64,000 bases of DNA from an uncultured Bacteroides sp. (GTDB taxonomy: Bacteria; Bacillota; Clostridia; Lachnospirales; Lachnospiraceae), in contig CAZWNL010000011.1 of the NCBI GenBank assembly GCA_964635615.1, forward strand, positions 13,314 through 77,313, read 5' to 3'. Both the position numbers and the translations under genes were made by a program. The notes under the pieces are model-generated. The model ran no database searches. It was not told the origin of the DNA and saw nothing but the letters and a program-made list of their open reading frames with translations. Below, piece by piece: positions 8,688-18,428 of this stretch. Each line of letters begins with the position of its first letter. Positions within the stretch are counted from its first letter, which is position 1.

Positions 8688-10202
8688 TTGGAGAATAGGA
8701 AAAAGAAAAGGCTGTACAATGCCCTTATGGTTCTTTTTATTGCAGCTATAGCCCTTTGCGGTGCAATGATAGTTGCTGTTACAAAGGGATATATGGGTCA
8801 TAAGGAGGGCAGCATAGATGTAAATGAAGTCTATGGTGTGGTGAGCATTGAGAAAAATGACATTATATACACCTTGGATGAAAAGTCGAAAATTACGGAA
8901 GGAAATGTAATAACGACAAGAAACGGGGCAAGAGTAAGCTTCGGCGGAGAATACATATTAGGGGAAAATTCTGTAGCGGAAGTAAATAAAATTGATGGAA
9001 AACTGATAGACATCAGGCTTATATCGGGGGATATGCTTGTATGCCTTGGTGAAAATGACATTCCTATACAAATCAGTATAGAAGATACAATAATAACCTG
9101 CGACGGAGGAATATTTTCCGTAAGCGCTCAGACGGGAACGATAACAGTAAGTGTATTTTCGGATGAGGTAACTGTAAGTACGGGAGAGCAGAGCGAGAAA
9201 GTAATATCGGGAGTATATATGTGCGTCCTGAGTGAGGAAACGTATTCAGGTGATATAAGCATAAACTCGTTAAACAGCTTTTACCTGTCGCGCTTATCAA
9301 AGCTTAGCGAAAGCTATATGCTATGCTTTACAAAGGAGGAATTTGAAACCCTTGCCACACAAAGGCAGAGCGAGATACAGGAGCTTCAAAATGGAAGTGG
9401 GAATATAGTTTATTTGAACGGAACTGCTTCTGAGGGGAATAAGGACGGAGCATCGGGAAAAAATGAGGATACATATACGCAGAATTATTCCCAGACAGAT
9501 GTGGCTTATGGTGATGGCAACGATACCTTAACGGAAACGGTAAATGGCGGAGCTTCTGAAAACAATACAGGTCAGGAAAATAAAACGGATAATGGTACAT
9601 CATCTGATAATAATGGGAAGGGAAATACCACAGAGTCGGAAGGCGGAAAAAAGCCGCAGGCAGCCGGTAATGAAAGTGGAAAAAAACCGCAGGCAGCTGG
9701 TGATGAAAGCGGGAAAAAACCGCAGACGGTTACAGAGGAAGGTAAGACAACGGAGCAGGCTCCGACTACTGAGGAGTCGCAGACCGAGGTCAAAGTGATG
9801 ACCTGCACCGTGCAGATAAGGTGTGATACCATATTAAACAATCTTGATGACCTTAAAACCGGAAAGGAAGCATATGTGCCGGAAAGCGGAATTATATTGG
9901 GTACTACCACGGTAGAATTTACGGAAGGCGAAACGGCATTTGACGTGCTGAAAAGAGTATGCTCTTATTACGGCATACAGATAGAATATTCCTATACGCC
10001 CCTTTATGGAAGCTATTATATTGAGGGTATAAATTATTTATATGAGTTTGACTGTGGAAGCCAGTCAGGCTGGATGTATAAGGTAAACGGCTGGTTTCCA
10101 AATTATGGTTGCAGCTCTTACATTTTAGCTGATGGGGACACTATGGTTTGGTGCTACACCTGTAAGGGGCTTGGAGCAGATGTAGGCGGAAGTGTATATT
10201 AA
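8688..10202 (+). CDS. Membrane-anchored protein with a FecR-like beta domain, a low-complexity linker and a C-terminal DUF4430 (transcobalamin-like) domain
   Basis: TTG start 8688 after AAGGAGG; N-terminal TM helix; C-terminal YIEGINYLYEFDCGSQSGWMYKVNGWFPNYGCSSY typical of DUF4430. Confidence 0.75.
   Translation: MENRKKKRLYNALMVLFIAAIALCGAMIVAVTKGYMGHKEGSIDVNEVYGVVSIEKNDIIYTLDEKSKITEGNVITTRNGARVSFGGEYILGENSVAEVNKIDGKLIDIRLISGDMLVCLGENDIPIQISIEDTIITCDGGIFSVSAQTGTITVSVFSDEVTVSTGEQSEKVISGVYMCVLSEETYSGDISINSLNSFYLSRLSKLSESYMLCFTKEEFETLATQRQSEIQELQNGSGNIVYLNGTASEGNKDGASGKNEDTYTQNYSQTDVAYGDGNDTLTETVNGGASENNTGQENKTDNGTSSDNNGKGNTTESEGGKKPQAAGNESGKKPQAAGDESGKKPQTVTEEGKTTEQAPTTEESQTEVKVMTCTVQIRCDTILNNLDDLKTGKEAYVPESGIILGTTTVEFTEGETAFDVLKRVCSYYGIQIEYSYTPLYGSYYIEGINYLYEFDCGSQSGWMYKVNGWFPNYGCSSYILADGDTMVWCYTCKGLGADVGGSVY
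9645..9728 (+). repeat. 33-bp intragenic tandem repeat, about 2.5 copies (GKKPQAAGNES)
   Basis: GGAAAAAAGCCGCAGGCAGCCGGTAATGAAAGT / GGAAAAAAACCGCAGGCAGCTGGTGATGAAAGC / GGGAAAAAACCGCAGACG. Confidence 0.85.
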
Positions 10203-10212
10203 GGAGGAGAAA

Positions 10213-13200
10213 ATGATTACAGAATACAAAAAACAAGGTAAGAGGATTATAGCTGCCTTTTTAGCAATATGTATGATACTTGTTATGCCGTTAAATGTCA
10301 GTGCGGCAGAGCTGGCTGACGGTATATATGAGGCGGAGGTAAACGAGGGTACTCCGACGGATGCCGATAAAGCCGTGAAGGAAGATGCAGATGTAAATAC
10401 GGATGAAGCTGTGATGGAAGACGCAGATGTAAATGCGAATGAAGCCGTGAGTATAGCTGCAGATGCCTCTGGCATGTATGCAGCAAGTGAGGAGGGACTT
10501 GAGTCTCTTATCATATCCACTGCATACTCGCCGGGCTCGGCAAATGTAATATTGAGAAATGAAACGGATACGTCATATGCCACCTCAAATGTTTTTTCCA
10601 CGGGGATAAGAAACTATAATCTTGGCTCCGTAAATGATAATTATACGACCCTTTATTTCAGGGCGAAGCCGTGTGAAGGATATGACACTGTAACTCTTAA
10701 ATATGGTGATGGCGATGAGAAAGACATAAAAATGACAAACAGCTCGCCAAAAAATGCACAGTGCATTTTGCCCGGAAAAAATACATTTACAATAGAGGTT
10801 TCAGGCTCGGGAAAAAGTACGGTTGTTTATACTTTCAATTTGAACCTTATACCTACATTGACGGGGCTTACGTTTGATACAGGGGAATATGAGCAGTTTA
10901 CAGATAAAGTCTTTGTATTTGGTACCTTTGAGTATACCCTTACGATTCCTGACGGTGCAGGCAGCGTAACCTTTAATGCTGTACCGAGAAAGGATAATTA
11001 CACGGTAACCTACAATGACTCTCCTTCACCTGATGTTGCAATGCAGGGTGTTGACAAGGTACTCGTTAAGGTATCTGTGGGAGAAGGCTCAGATAAGCTT
11101 GAAAATATATATACGGTTAATATTGATAAAAAGAAATCCTCTATATTTAAGGTAAACACCGTACCGGAGGATGCAGTTGTAATGGTATATGATAAAAACG
11201 GTCTTTCTCTCAAAAAAAAGAACGGAGGATATGAGGGACTGTTTTCAACGGGTGATTATTTATATACTGTTACAAAAACAGGTTACATAGGTGTATCGGG
11301 AAGTGTTCCTGCTGCTGGGGGAGAAATAAATGTTACACTGAATAAAGCACCTGAAAATCAGCCACAGGAGGTGGATGCTCAATGGAAGAACTTTAGGGAC
11401 AGCGATGTCAACATGGGTTTTACCGATGCTGAAACTCCTATAAATGCTGATGAGACGGAGCTTTTATGGGCTAAAAAGCTGGGCAGTGGTTGGGCTAATG
11501 CTCCAAGCGTACAGATAATTGTGGATGATGCTCTGATTGTTATGGCAGGAACAAGTCTGTATAAGCTTGATTTAAAGACGGGAGAGATACTTGCTCAAGC
11601 AACTATGGCAGCAGCGCCTGATTGGGGATATACACCTCCTGCATATGGAAACGGAATGATATTTTGTCCGCTTACAGGTGGAGTTATACAGGCATTTGAC
11701 GCAAAAACACTTGCCTCTCTGTGGGTTTACAGGGATGGATTAAAGGGACAGTCATTATCCCCTATTACATATGCTGACGGATATATATATACAGGCTTTT
11801 GGAACGGTGAGACACAGAATGCCAATTATGTATGTATAAGCGTAACTGATGAGGACACGACAAGGGCAGATGAAGAAAAGCTGGCGACATGGAAGCATAA
11901 GCAGACCGGCGGCTTTTATTGGGCAGGCTCGGTGGCTGTAGGAGATTATGTTATAGTTGGAACCGATGACGGAGCAAGTGGAACAAGCGGAAGCTCAACT
12001 CTGTATTCCTTCAAGAAGGAAACAGGAGAGATAGTGTCGAAGCTTGCGCTTGAGGGCTTGGGGGATCAAAGATCCTCAATGGCATATGACAGTACTACGG
12101 GAAGGGTATATTTTACAACAAAGGGTGGACATCTGTGCAGTGCTAAGGTGGATGCTTCAGGAACATTGTCCCAGCTTAAAAACGTTAATTATAATGCACA
12201 GAGCACAAGCACCCCTATTGTATATAAGGGAAAGGTTTATTTTGCAACTGGAAGCGGAATATCTACAACAGGCTCCAGCGGAAATGTAGTCGTTGCAGAT
12301 GCAGAAACGCTTGAGATGTATTATGCTGTAGGATTAAAGGGGTATCCACAGTGCTCACTTCTTCTTTCAACGGCATATGAGAAGTCAACGGGATATATAT
12401 ATCTTTATTCCTCCTATAACAACCAGCCCGGCGGAATATCCATGATAAAGGTTAAGCCGGAGGCAACCACGGCAGAGGAGGCGGAGCTTATTGAGCTATA
12501 TGATGCCAAGGGATATGAGCAGTACTGTATAACAAGCATCATATGCGACAGGGACGGAACGCTTTACTATAAAAATGACAGTGCAAATGTTTTGGCAGTG
12601 GGTATGCTTGCCTATCTCAAGGTAATAAACAAAATTATAAATTTAGCGGATGTAAATCTTGAAAGCGAGGCATATCTTGATGCGGCAGAGGCAGCATATG
12701 AGCGCCTTGATGAGGAGGAAAAAGCAAAGGTTACAAATTATGGCGACCTTATCAATGCCAGACAGGTATTTGAAAAGCTGAAGGCAGAAAAAAATGCAGG
12801 TGATACGGATGAGCTTATAAATGCAATTGGAAGCGTGACACTTGAAAGTGAGGCTGCAATTATCAAGGCTGAGAAGGCATATGCGAAGCTTACGGCTGCT
12901 GAGAAGGAGCTTGTGACGGCTTATGATATTCTGAAGGCTGCAAGAAAAGAGTATGATAGACTTAAGGAGGAGGAAAAGAATAAACCTTCTGTACCGGAGC
13001 CTCCGACAACAGAGGAGCAGAAACCTACGGAGGAGCAGAAACCTACGGAGGAGCAGAAGCCTACGACAGAGGAGAAAAATCCTATGGAGGAGAAGCCGGC
13101 AACAGAGGAAATTCCTAAGGTGGAGGACGATACCAAGGTGCCTTCTGATACCAATGGAGGTTCTGACATAAAAAGACCAGGAGGAATTACCGTAGGCGGA

Positions 13201-14025
13201 AACCTTGTAAAAGCAGACCATAAGGCAGATAAAAAATCGGATAATAAAAACGAAGAAAGCACACAAAAGATCGATGCTGCTGTCAGTGGGGTAGTCTCTG
13301 AAAGCAGGGGTGTACTATTTAATAGCAAAGCAATGTCCTGCTTAAGAAACGAATTAAAGAGAATTGCACAAGGTGAAGCCTTGGAGGAAATAATCTCCGA
13401 TGAAATGAACAAGGCGATAGAGCTTTATAACGAATATATAACATTGTCGGAGGAGGAAAAGGCAGAGGTAGAAAACTACGAAGAACTGGCACAGGTATTT
13501 GAAACAATAGGAAATATAAATCATAGGGATGCATCATCTGACATTGATATTGACGGACTTGAATGGTATTATAAGTTAAATGTATATGAAAGGATATTAG
13601 ACAATTCGGTGATTGGCAGACTGGAGCAAATACCGGAAAAGGATTTGAAGGAGCTTTGCTCATACAGCATAAGCATTACAGACCTGATAAAGGACGAAAG
13701 CTATGAACCTGTTTGGGGCATTACGGTCCGTATACCAAAGCCTGATATGGAGGGATACTCAAATGTATTTATAGTATGTCACGGTGATGGTAAGGAAACC
13801 GCTATCATTAAATGTGATGATATAGACGGATATCTTACATTTACGGCATATGAAAATGCCGATTATACTGTTATTGGCACAAATGCCGATTATGAACAGC
13901 TTATAAATGGAGCGGCTGCTGACACCGGAAATGGAATTATATGGGTGTGGATTGCCATAGGAGCGCTTTCAGTGGCAGGTCTTATACTTGTTATAATTAA
14001 AAGAAGAAAATCGGAAAATGAGTAG
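10213..14025 (+). CDS. Large cell-surface protein: signal peptide, cadherin-like beta-sandwich domains, PQQ-like beta-propeller, helical repeats, C-terminal TM anchor
   Basis: ATG 10213 after AAGGAGGAG; signal peptide ending ...LNVSA; propeller-type repeats (LYKLDLKTGEILA, IQAFDAKTLASLW, LYSFKKETGEIV); C-terminal TM plus KRRK. Confidence 0.7.
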   Translation: MITEYKKQGKRIIAAFLAICMILVMPLNVSAAELADGIYEAEVNEGTPTDADKAVKEDADVNTDEAVMEDADVNANEAVSIAADASGMYAASEEGLESLIISTAYSPGSANVILRNETDTSYATSNVFSTGIRNYNLGSVNDNYTTLYFRAKPCEGYDTVTLKYGDGDEKDIKMTNSSPKNAQCILPGKNTFTIEVSGSGKSTVVYTFNLNLIPTLTGLTFDTGEYEQFTDKVFVFGTFEYTLTIPDGAGSVTFNAVPRKDNYTVTYNDSPSPDVAMQGVDKVLVKVSVGEGSDKLENIYTVNIDKKKSSIFKVNTVPEDAVVMVYDKNGLSLKKKNGGYEGLFSTGDYLYTVTKTGYIGVSGSVPAAGGEINVTLNKAPENQPQEVDAQWKNFRDSDVNMGFTDAETPINADETELLWAKKLGSGWANAPSVQIIVDDALIVMAGTSLYKLDLKTGEILAQATMAAAPDWGYTPPAYGNGMIFCPLTGGVIQAFDAKTLASLWVYRDGLKGQSLSPITYADGYIYTGFWNGETQNANYVCISVTDEDTTRADEEKLATWKHKQTGGFYWAGSVAVGDYVIVGTDDGASGTSGSSTLYSFKKETGEIVSKLALEGLGDQRSSMAYDSTTGRVYFTTKGGHLCSAKVDASGTLSQLKNVNYNAQSTSTPIVYKGKVYFATGSGISTTGSSGNVVVADAETLEMYYAVGLKGYPQCSLLLSTAYEKSTGYIYLYSSYNNQPGGISMIKVKPEATTAEEAELIELYDAKGYEQYCITSIICDRDGTLYYKNDSANVLAVGMLAYLKVINKIINLADVNLESEAYLDAAEAAYERLDEEEKAKVTNYGDLINARQVFEKLKAEKNAGDTDELINAIGSVTLESEAAIIKAEKAYAKLTAAEKELVTAYDILKAARKEYDRLKEEEKNKPSVPEPPTTEEQKPTEEQKPTEEQKPTTEEKNPMEEKPATEEIPKVEDDTKVPSDTNGGSDIKRPGGITVGGNLVKADHKADKKSDNKNEESTQKIDAAVSGVVSESRGVLFNSKAMSCLRNELKRIAQGEALEEIISDEMNKAIELYNEYITLSEEEKAEVENYEELAQVFETIGNINHRDASSDIDIDGLEWYYKLNVYERILDNSVIGRLEQIPEKDLKELCSYSISITDLIKDESYEPVWGITVRIPKPDMEGYSNVFIVCHGDGKETAIIKCDDIDGYLTFTAYENADYTVIGTNADYEQLINGAAADTGNGIIWVWIAIGALSVAGLILVIIKRRKSENE
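10366..10449 (+). repeat. 36-bp intragenic tandem repeat, about 2.3 copies (DEAVMEDADVNA)
   Basis: GATAAAGCCGTGAAGGAAGATGCAGATGTAAATACG / GATGAAGCTGTGATGGAAGACGCAGATGTAAATGCG / AATGAAGCCGTG. Confidence 0.8.
13009..13062 (+). repeat. 18-bp intragenic tandem repeat x3 (TEEQKP linker)
   Basis: AC(A/G)GAGGAGCAGAA(A/G)CCT three times, with degenerate copies continuing. Confidence 0.85.
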
Positions 14026-14899
14026 AGAAAAGAAATTTGCAACTTTTAATCCCATCGTTTGCTTTGTATATTTTGTAGGGACAATAGTAATCAGTATGCT
14101 TACCATGCACCCTGCGCCTGCTCTTTCTTCACTTGTCATGGCTGCCGTATGTTATATAAATATACATGGAAGGGATGCATTTAAGCTTATTGGAGTTATG
14201 CTTCCGATATATGTTTTGCTTGCACTGGCGAACCCTGTATTTAATACAAGGGGAGACACGGTACTGTTTACTTATATCGGAGGACGTATGTTTACGCTGG
14301 AGGCACTATACTACGGTATAGTGCTTGCAGCTATGTTTGTTTCTGTCATTATATGGTTTTTTGTTTATCATAAGGTAATGACGGCTGATAAGCTGTTATA
14401 TATATTTGGAGGACTTGTGCCGACAGTGGGACTTATCCTTTCCATGATACTCAGGCTTGTGCCTTATTACGGAAATCATATTAAAAATATATCCGCCGTA
14501 AGAAAAGCGATGTCATGTGGCAGTGAAGATAAGACCATGGAGACTGCAAATATTATGCTGGCAATGCTTTCGTGGTCGCTTGAGGAGGGCATAGTCACTT
14601 CGGACAGTATGAAATGCAGGGGATATGGCTGTGGGAAACGGAGCCGTTTTTCGGTATATTCATTTAAAGCAGGGGACATCCTTTTTATGCTGTGGATTAT
14701 TGTGCTGATTTTATGTATAATCATGTGTAAGGCAAAAAAGGGGCTTGAGGCGGTATTTCTGCCCCACATAAATATAAGCGGAGTGGATAATGGCTATTTT
14801 GTCATGGGGCTTGTGGCTATGGTATTATATTTTTCAACACCGATTTTGATAAATGTTACGGAGGCAGTAAAATGGCACTTTTTGAAATCAAGGATTTAA
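14018..14899 (+). CDS. ECF transporter transmembrane T component (CbiQ/CbrV-like)
   Basis: FNPIVCFVYF N-terminus; SMKCRGYG X-Arg-X motif. Confidence 0.85.
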   Translation: MSREKKFATFNPIVCFVYFVGTIVISMLTMHPAPALSSLVMAAVCYINIHGRDAFKLIGVMLPIYVLLALANPVFNTRGDTVLFTYIGGRMFTLEALYYGIVLAAMFVSVIIWFFVYHKVMTADKLLYIFGGLVPTVGLILSMILRLVPYYGNHIKNISAVRKAMSCGSEDKTMETANIMLAMLSWSLEEGIVTSDSMKCRGYGCGKRSRFSVYSFKAGDILFMLWIIVLILCIIMCKAKKGLEAVFLPHINISGVDNGYFVMGLVAMVLYFSTPILINVTEAVKWHFLKSRI

Positions 14900-16530
14900 C
14901 CTTCTGCTATCCCGTCAGGGAGCGTGAGGCATTAACCGGTATTAATCTCACAATTGAGCAGGGAGAGTATATAACAATATGCGGAAAAAGCGGAAGTGGG
15001 AAAACTACATTGCTAAGACATTTAAAGCCTCCTGTAACTCCCAAAGGAAAGAAATCCGGAGAGGTACTGTTTGAGGAAACTCCTGTGGAAGATTTGGATT
15101 TGAGAACACAGGCGGCAAGTATAGGATATGTAATGCAAAATCCTGACAACCAGGTAGTGACGGACAAGGTATGGCATGAGCTTGCATTTGGTCTTGAAAG
15201 TCTTGGATATGATACGAGGACAATACGGCTTAAGGTGGCTGAAATGGCAAGCTATTTCGGAATACAGGATTGGTTTTATAAAAATGTAAACGAGCTTTCA
15301 GGGGGACAGAAGCAGCTCCTTAATCTTGCGTCTATTATGGCAATGCAGCCTAAGGTGCTCATATGCGATGAGCCCACATCACAGCTGGACCCTATTGCGG
15401 CATCGGACTTTTTGCAGACGATAAAGAAAATAAATCTTGAGCTTGGCACCACTATAATAATGACGGAGCATAGGCTTGAGGAGGTGTTTCATGCCTCGGA
15501 TAGGGTTGTTGTCATGGAGAAGGGTAAAATTGTTGCATGCGGCGCTCCAAGACTTGTGGGAGACATGCTGAAAAAGGAAAACAGCGATATGGCTGCAGCA
15601 CTGCCAGCACCTATGCAGATATATTACGGAGTGGGAAGCAGACTTGAATGTCCTCTTACCGTGAGAGAAGGAAGAAGCTGGCTTGAAAGGGAGCTTAAGA
15701 CGGAGGGTAAAGCTTTAAAAAGGGACAGGCTTGAGGAGTCTGACATGCCTGAGGAGTCTGAAAAGCCTGCAATTAAGGCAAAGGAGCTATGGTACAGATA
15801 CAGTAAGGAGGGGGCGGATGTCCTAAAGGGAGCTTCAATTTCCGTGCCAAAAGGGAGTCTTTATGCCATTGTTGGTGGAAACGGCACGGGAAAGTCAACC
15901 TTTTTAAAATCAATATGCGGAATATTAAAGCCCTACAATGGAAAGGTAATCATAGATGGAAAGCCTCTTAGTAAATATAAAAAGGGTGAGCTGTTTCAGG
16001 GGCATTTAGCTATGCTGCCCCAGGACCCTCAAAGCCTGTTCGTTAAGAAAACGATCAGGGAGGAACTGCTTGAGATGGTTCATGGCGGTGTGTCGGAAAA
16101 TGAAGTGGATGCCATGGCGGAAAAATGTTTTATCAGTCATCTTTTGGATAAGCACCCATATGACATATCAGGAGGCGAACAGCAAAGGACAGCGCTTGCA
16201 AAGGTTCTTTTGACAAAGCCATCAATACTTCTTATGGATGAGCCTACAAAGGGTATGGATAATTATTTTAAGCAGAGTCTTGTGAGTATATTAAGGGAGC
16301 TTGAGGACCTTACAATATTGATGGTTTCACACGATATAGAATTCTGTGCAAAATATGCAGATATCGTGAGTATGTTTTTTGACGGCGGAGTTATAACGAC
16401 AAATACGGCAAGGAGATTTTTTTCGGGTAACAGCTTTTATACAACATCGGCAAACCGCATGAGCAGACACATATTTGCAAATGCCGTAACTGAGGAGGAT
16501 GTGATAACACTATGCAGGGAAAATCAGTAA
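14872..16530 (+). CDS. ECF transporter duplicated ATPase (A-A' fusion, CbrU-like)
   Basis: Two Walker A motifs (GKSGSGKT, GGNGTGKS), LSGGQ/ISGGE signatures, two DEPT motifs. Confidence 0.9.
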   Translation: MALFEIKDLTFCYPVREREALTGINLTIEQGEYITICGKSGSGKTTLLRHLKPPVTPKGKKSGEVLFEETPVEDLDLRTQAASIGYVMQNPDNQVVTDKVWHELAFGLESLGYDTRTIRLKVAEMASYFGIQDWFYKNVNELSGGQKQLLNLASIMAMQPKVLICDEPTSQLDPIAASDFLQTIKKINLELGTTIIMTEHRLEEVFHASDRVVVMEKGKIVACGAPRLVGDMLKKENSDMAAALPAPMQIYYGVGSRLECPLTVREGRSWLERELKTEGKALKRDRLEESDMPEESEKPAIKAKELWYRYSKEGADVLKGASISVPKGSLYAIVGGNGTGKSTFLKSICGILKPYNGKVIIDGKPLSKYKKGELFQGHLAMLPQDPQSLFVKKTIREELLEMVHGGVSENEVDAMAEKCFISHLLDKHPYDISGGEQQRTALAKVLLTKPSILLMDEPTKGMDNYFKQSLVSILRELEDLTILMVSHDIEFCAKYADIVSMFFDGGVITTNTARRFFSGNSFYTTSANRMSRHIFANAVTEEDVITLCRENQ

Positions 16531-17210
16531 AAAGACGAGTTGGATATATAGTTATGTTGCTATTCACAATTATTGTTTTGCTTACTTTTTGGAGGCTTGG
16601 CAACGGACGGTATTATTTATTTGCAACATTGCTCATTATAGGCGGAATGCTGCCTTTTATATTGGGCTTTGAAAAGAAAAAGCCACAGGCAGGAGAGATT
16701 GTTCTTGTGTCAGTTATGAGTGCGTTTGCCGTTGTGGCGAGAATGGCATTTTCTTTTGTTCCGCATTTTAAGCCATTGGCAGGAATTGTCATGATAATAG
16801 GAATGGCGTTTGGTCCGACGGCAGGATTTATTTCGGGAATGCTGTCGCTTTTTGTAAGCAATCTTGCCTTTGGTCAGGGACCGTGGACACCATGGCAGAT
16901 GTTTGCCTTTGGAATTGCGGGGTTTATGGCAGGAATTATGTATGAGGAAAAAATAATGAATGAAAATAAGAGAGTTGTAACTGCACTGTTTGGTTTTTTA
17001 ATTGTATTGCTTATAGTGGGGCCGTTGTTAGATACATCAACCTTTTTCCTTATGGATGGAATGATGGGAGATATAACGCCGTGGGCCATATATTTATCAG
17101 GACTGCCTGTAAATGCCGTAGACGGTGCGGCTACTGCAATAACGTTGCTTATACTGTGCAAGCCATTTATGGAAAGAATAAACCGAATTAAGCTTAAGTA
17201 TGACATTTAG
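16512..17210 (+). CDS. ECF transporter S component (CbrT-like, probably cobalamin)
   Basis: PHFKPLAGIVMIIGMAFGP and GQGPWTPWQM motifs; downstream of a B12 riboswitch. Confidence 0.8.
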   Translation: MQGKSVKRRVGYIVMLLFTIIVLLTFWRLGNGRYYLFATLLIIGGMLPFILGFEKKKPQAGEIVLVSVMSAFAVVARMAFSFVPHFKPLAGIVMIIGMAFGPTAGFISGMLSLFVSNLAFGQGPWTPWQMFAFGIAGFMAGIMYEEKIMNENKRVVTALFGFLIVLLIVGPLLDTSTFFLMDGMMGDITPWAIYLSGLPVNAVDGAATAITLLILCKPFMERINRIKLKYDI

Positions 17211-17240
17211 TGATAATGTAACCTTATATGAGGAATATGC

Positions 17241-18143
17241 ATGAAATTTGAAAATTATCATCCGGGTATTAATTTCATATTTTTTTTATTTTCCATGATA
17301 TTTATATTTTATTTTAATCACCCTGTTTATGTTGTTATAGCTTTTTTATCCTACTTTGCCTACTCGATAAAACTAAATGGGAAGCGGGAGATAATATTTA
17401 ATAGTATATTAGTTTTATTTGTCGTAATATATTGCTTGTGGTATTCCTATTATAATCATTTTGGAATAACAAATATAAGAAAAAATTTTATAGGGAATAA
17501 TATTACGGTGGAGGCGCTTTTTTATGGACTGGTGCGGGGAATGCAGGCAGCGGCATTCATTATGAATTTTGCCTGTATGCTTGCGGTTTTTTCCACGGAT
17601 AAGGTAATATACCTTGCAGGTAGGCTTTTCCCAAAGCTCTCACTTTTCATTTCCATATTTCTGAGAAGCTTTTCACGCATAAAAGAAAGAAATGCAGATG
17701 TAAATATCTCGAGAAAAGGAATAGGGATGGGCAAGGGACAAAGCAAAGTAATAGGCGAGATAAGAAACAGGCTGCGCATACTGTCAATAATTATTACGTG
17801 GACATTGGAGGATTACATAGAAAGCTCTCTGTCAATGAAATGCAGGGGCTATACGTTAAAGCACAGGACGTCCTTTTCAATATACCGCTTTGACAACAGG
17901 GACAGAAGTCTTGTGATAATGTTTTTCATAGGCATAACCTTGACGTTTATGGCTGTTGCACTCAATCAGACAAATATCTTGTATGACCCTGAAATAATTA
18001 TGTACAGGCCTAAGGGCTGGTCCTATATTTTTTATGTGTCGTATGCCTGCTTCTGCCTTCTGCCTATGGGAATAGAAATAGTAAATTCAATAAAATATAA
18101 GAAAAGGCATGGGGAGGAAAACGCTTATGGAGAACTCCTATAA
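17241..18143 (+). CDS. Second ECF T component (CbiQ-like)
   Basis: YHPGINFIFF N-terminus, SMKCRGY, RFDNRD; parallels the gene at 14018..14899. Confidence 0.8.
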   Translation: MKFENYHPGINFIFFLFSMIFIFYFNHPVYVVIAFLSYFAYSIKLNGKREIIFNSILVLFVVIYCLWYSYYNHFGITNIRKNFIGNNITVEALFYGLVRGMQAAAFIMNFACMLAVFSTDKVIYLAGRLFPKLSLFISIFLRSFSRIKERNADVNISRKGIGMGKGQSKVIGEIRNRLRILSIIITWTLEDYIESSLSMKCRGYTLKHRTSFSIYRFDNRDRSLVIMFFIGITLTFMAVALNQTNILYDPEIIMYRPKGWSYIFYVSYACFCLLPMGIEIVNSIKYKKRHGEENAYGELL

Positions 18144-18363
18144 ATATTTTCAAAACAGGGACTGCCAATATTATCCCTGCCATAAGGAATTGGAAGACTT
18201 GAACTGTTTATTTTGTTATTGTCCTCTATATTTAAGGGAGCATTGTCCCGGGAATCCTTCATATATAGAAAAGGATGGGAGAAAGATAAAAGTTTGTACA
18301 AACTGTACTTTTCCTCACAGGGCAGAAAATTATGATGTGGTAATTCAAATGTTGAAAGAGTAA
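18127..18363 (+). CDS. Cysteine-rich small domain protein (zf-like, cobalamin-associated)
   Basis: MENSYKYFQNRDCQYYPCH...NCLFCYCPLY...KVCTNCTFPH; likely start ATG 18127. Confidence 0.8.
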   Translation: MENSYKYFQNRDCQYYPCHKELEDLNCLFCYCPLYLREHCPGNPSYIEKDGRKIKVCTNCTFPHRAENYDVVIQMLKE

Positions 18364-18367
18364 AGAA

Positions 18368-18409
18368 AACTGCACCTTCCCCCACAAGGCAGAAAATTAC
18401 GAGGCGGTT
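18368..18409 (+). pseudogene. Diverged duplicate 3' end of the Cys-rich gene
   Basis: Encodes NCTFPHKAENYEAV, versus NCTFPHRAENYDVV at 18301..18342; 33 of 42 nt identical. Confidence 0.75.
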
Positions 18410-18428
18410 TTAGAAAGGAAAACTCTGC

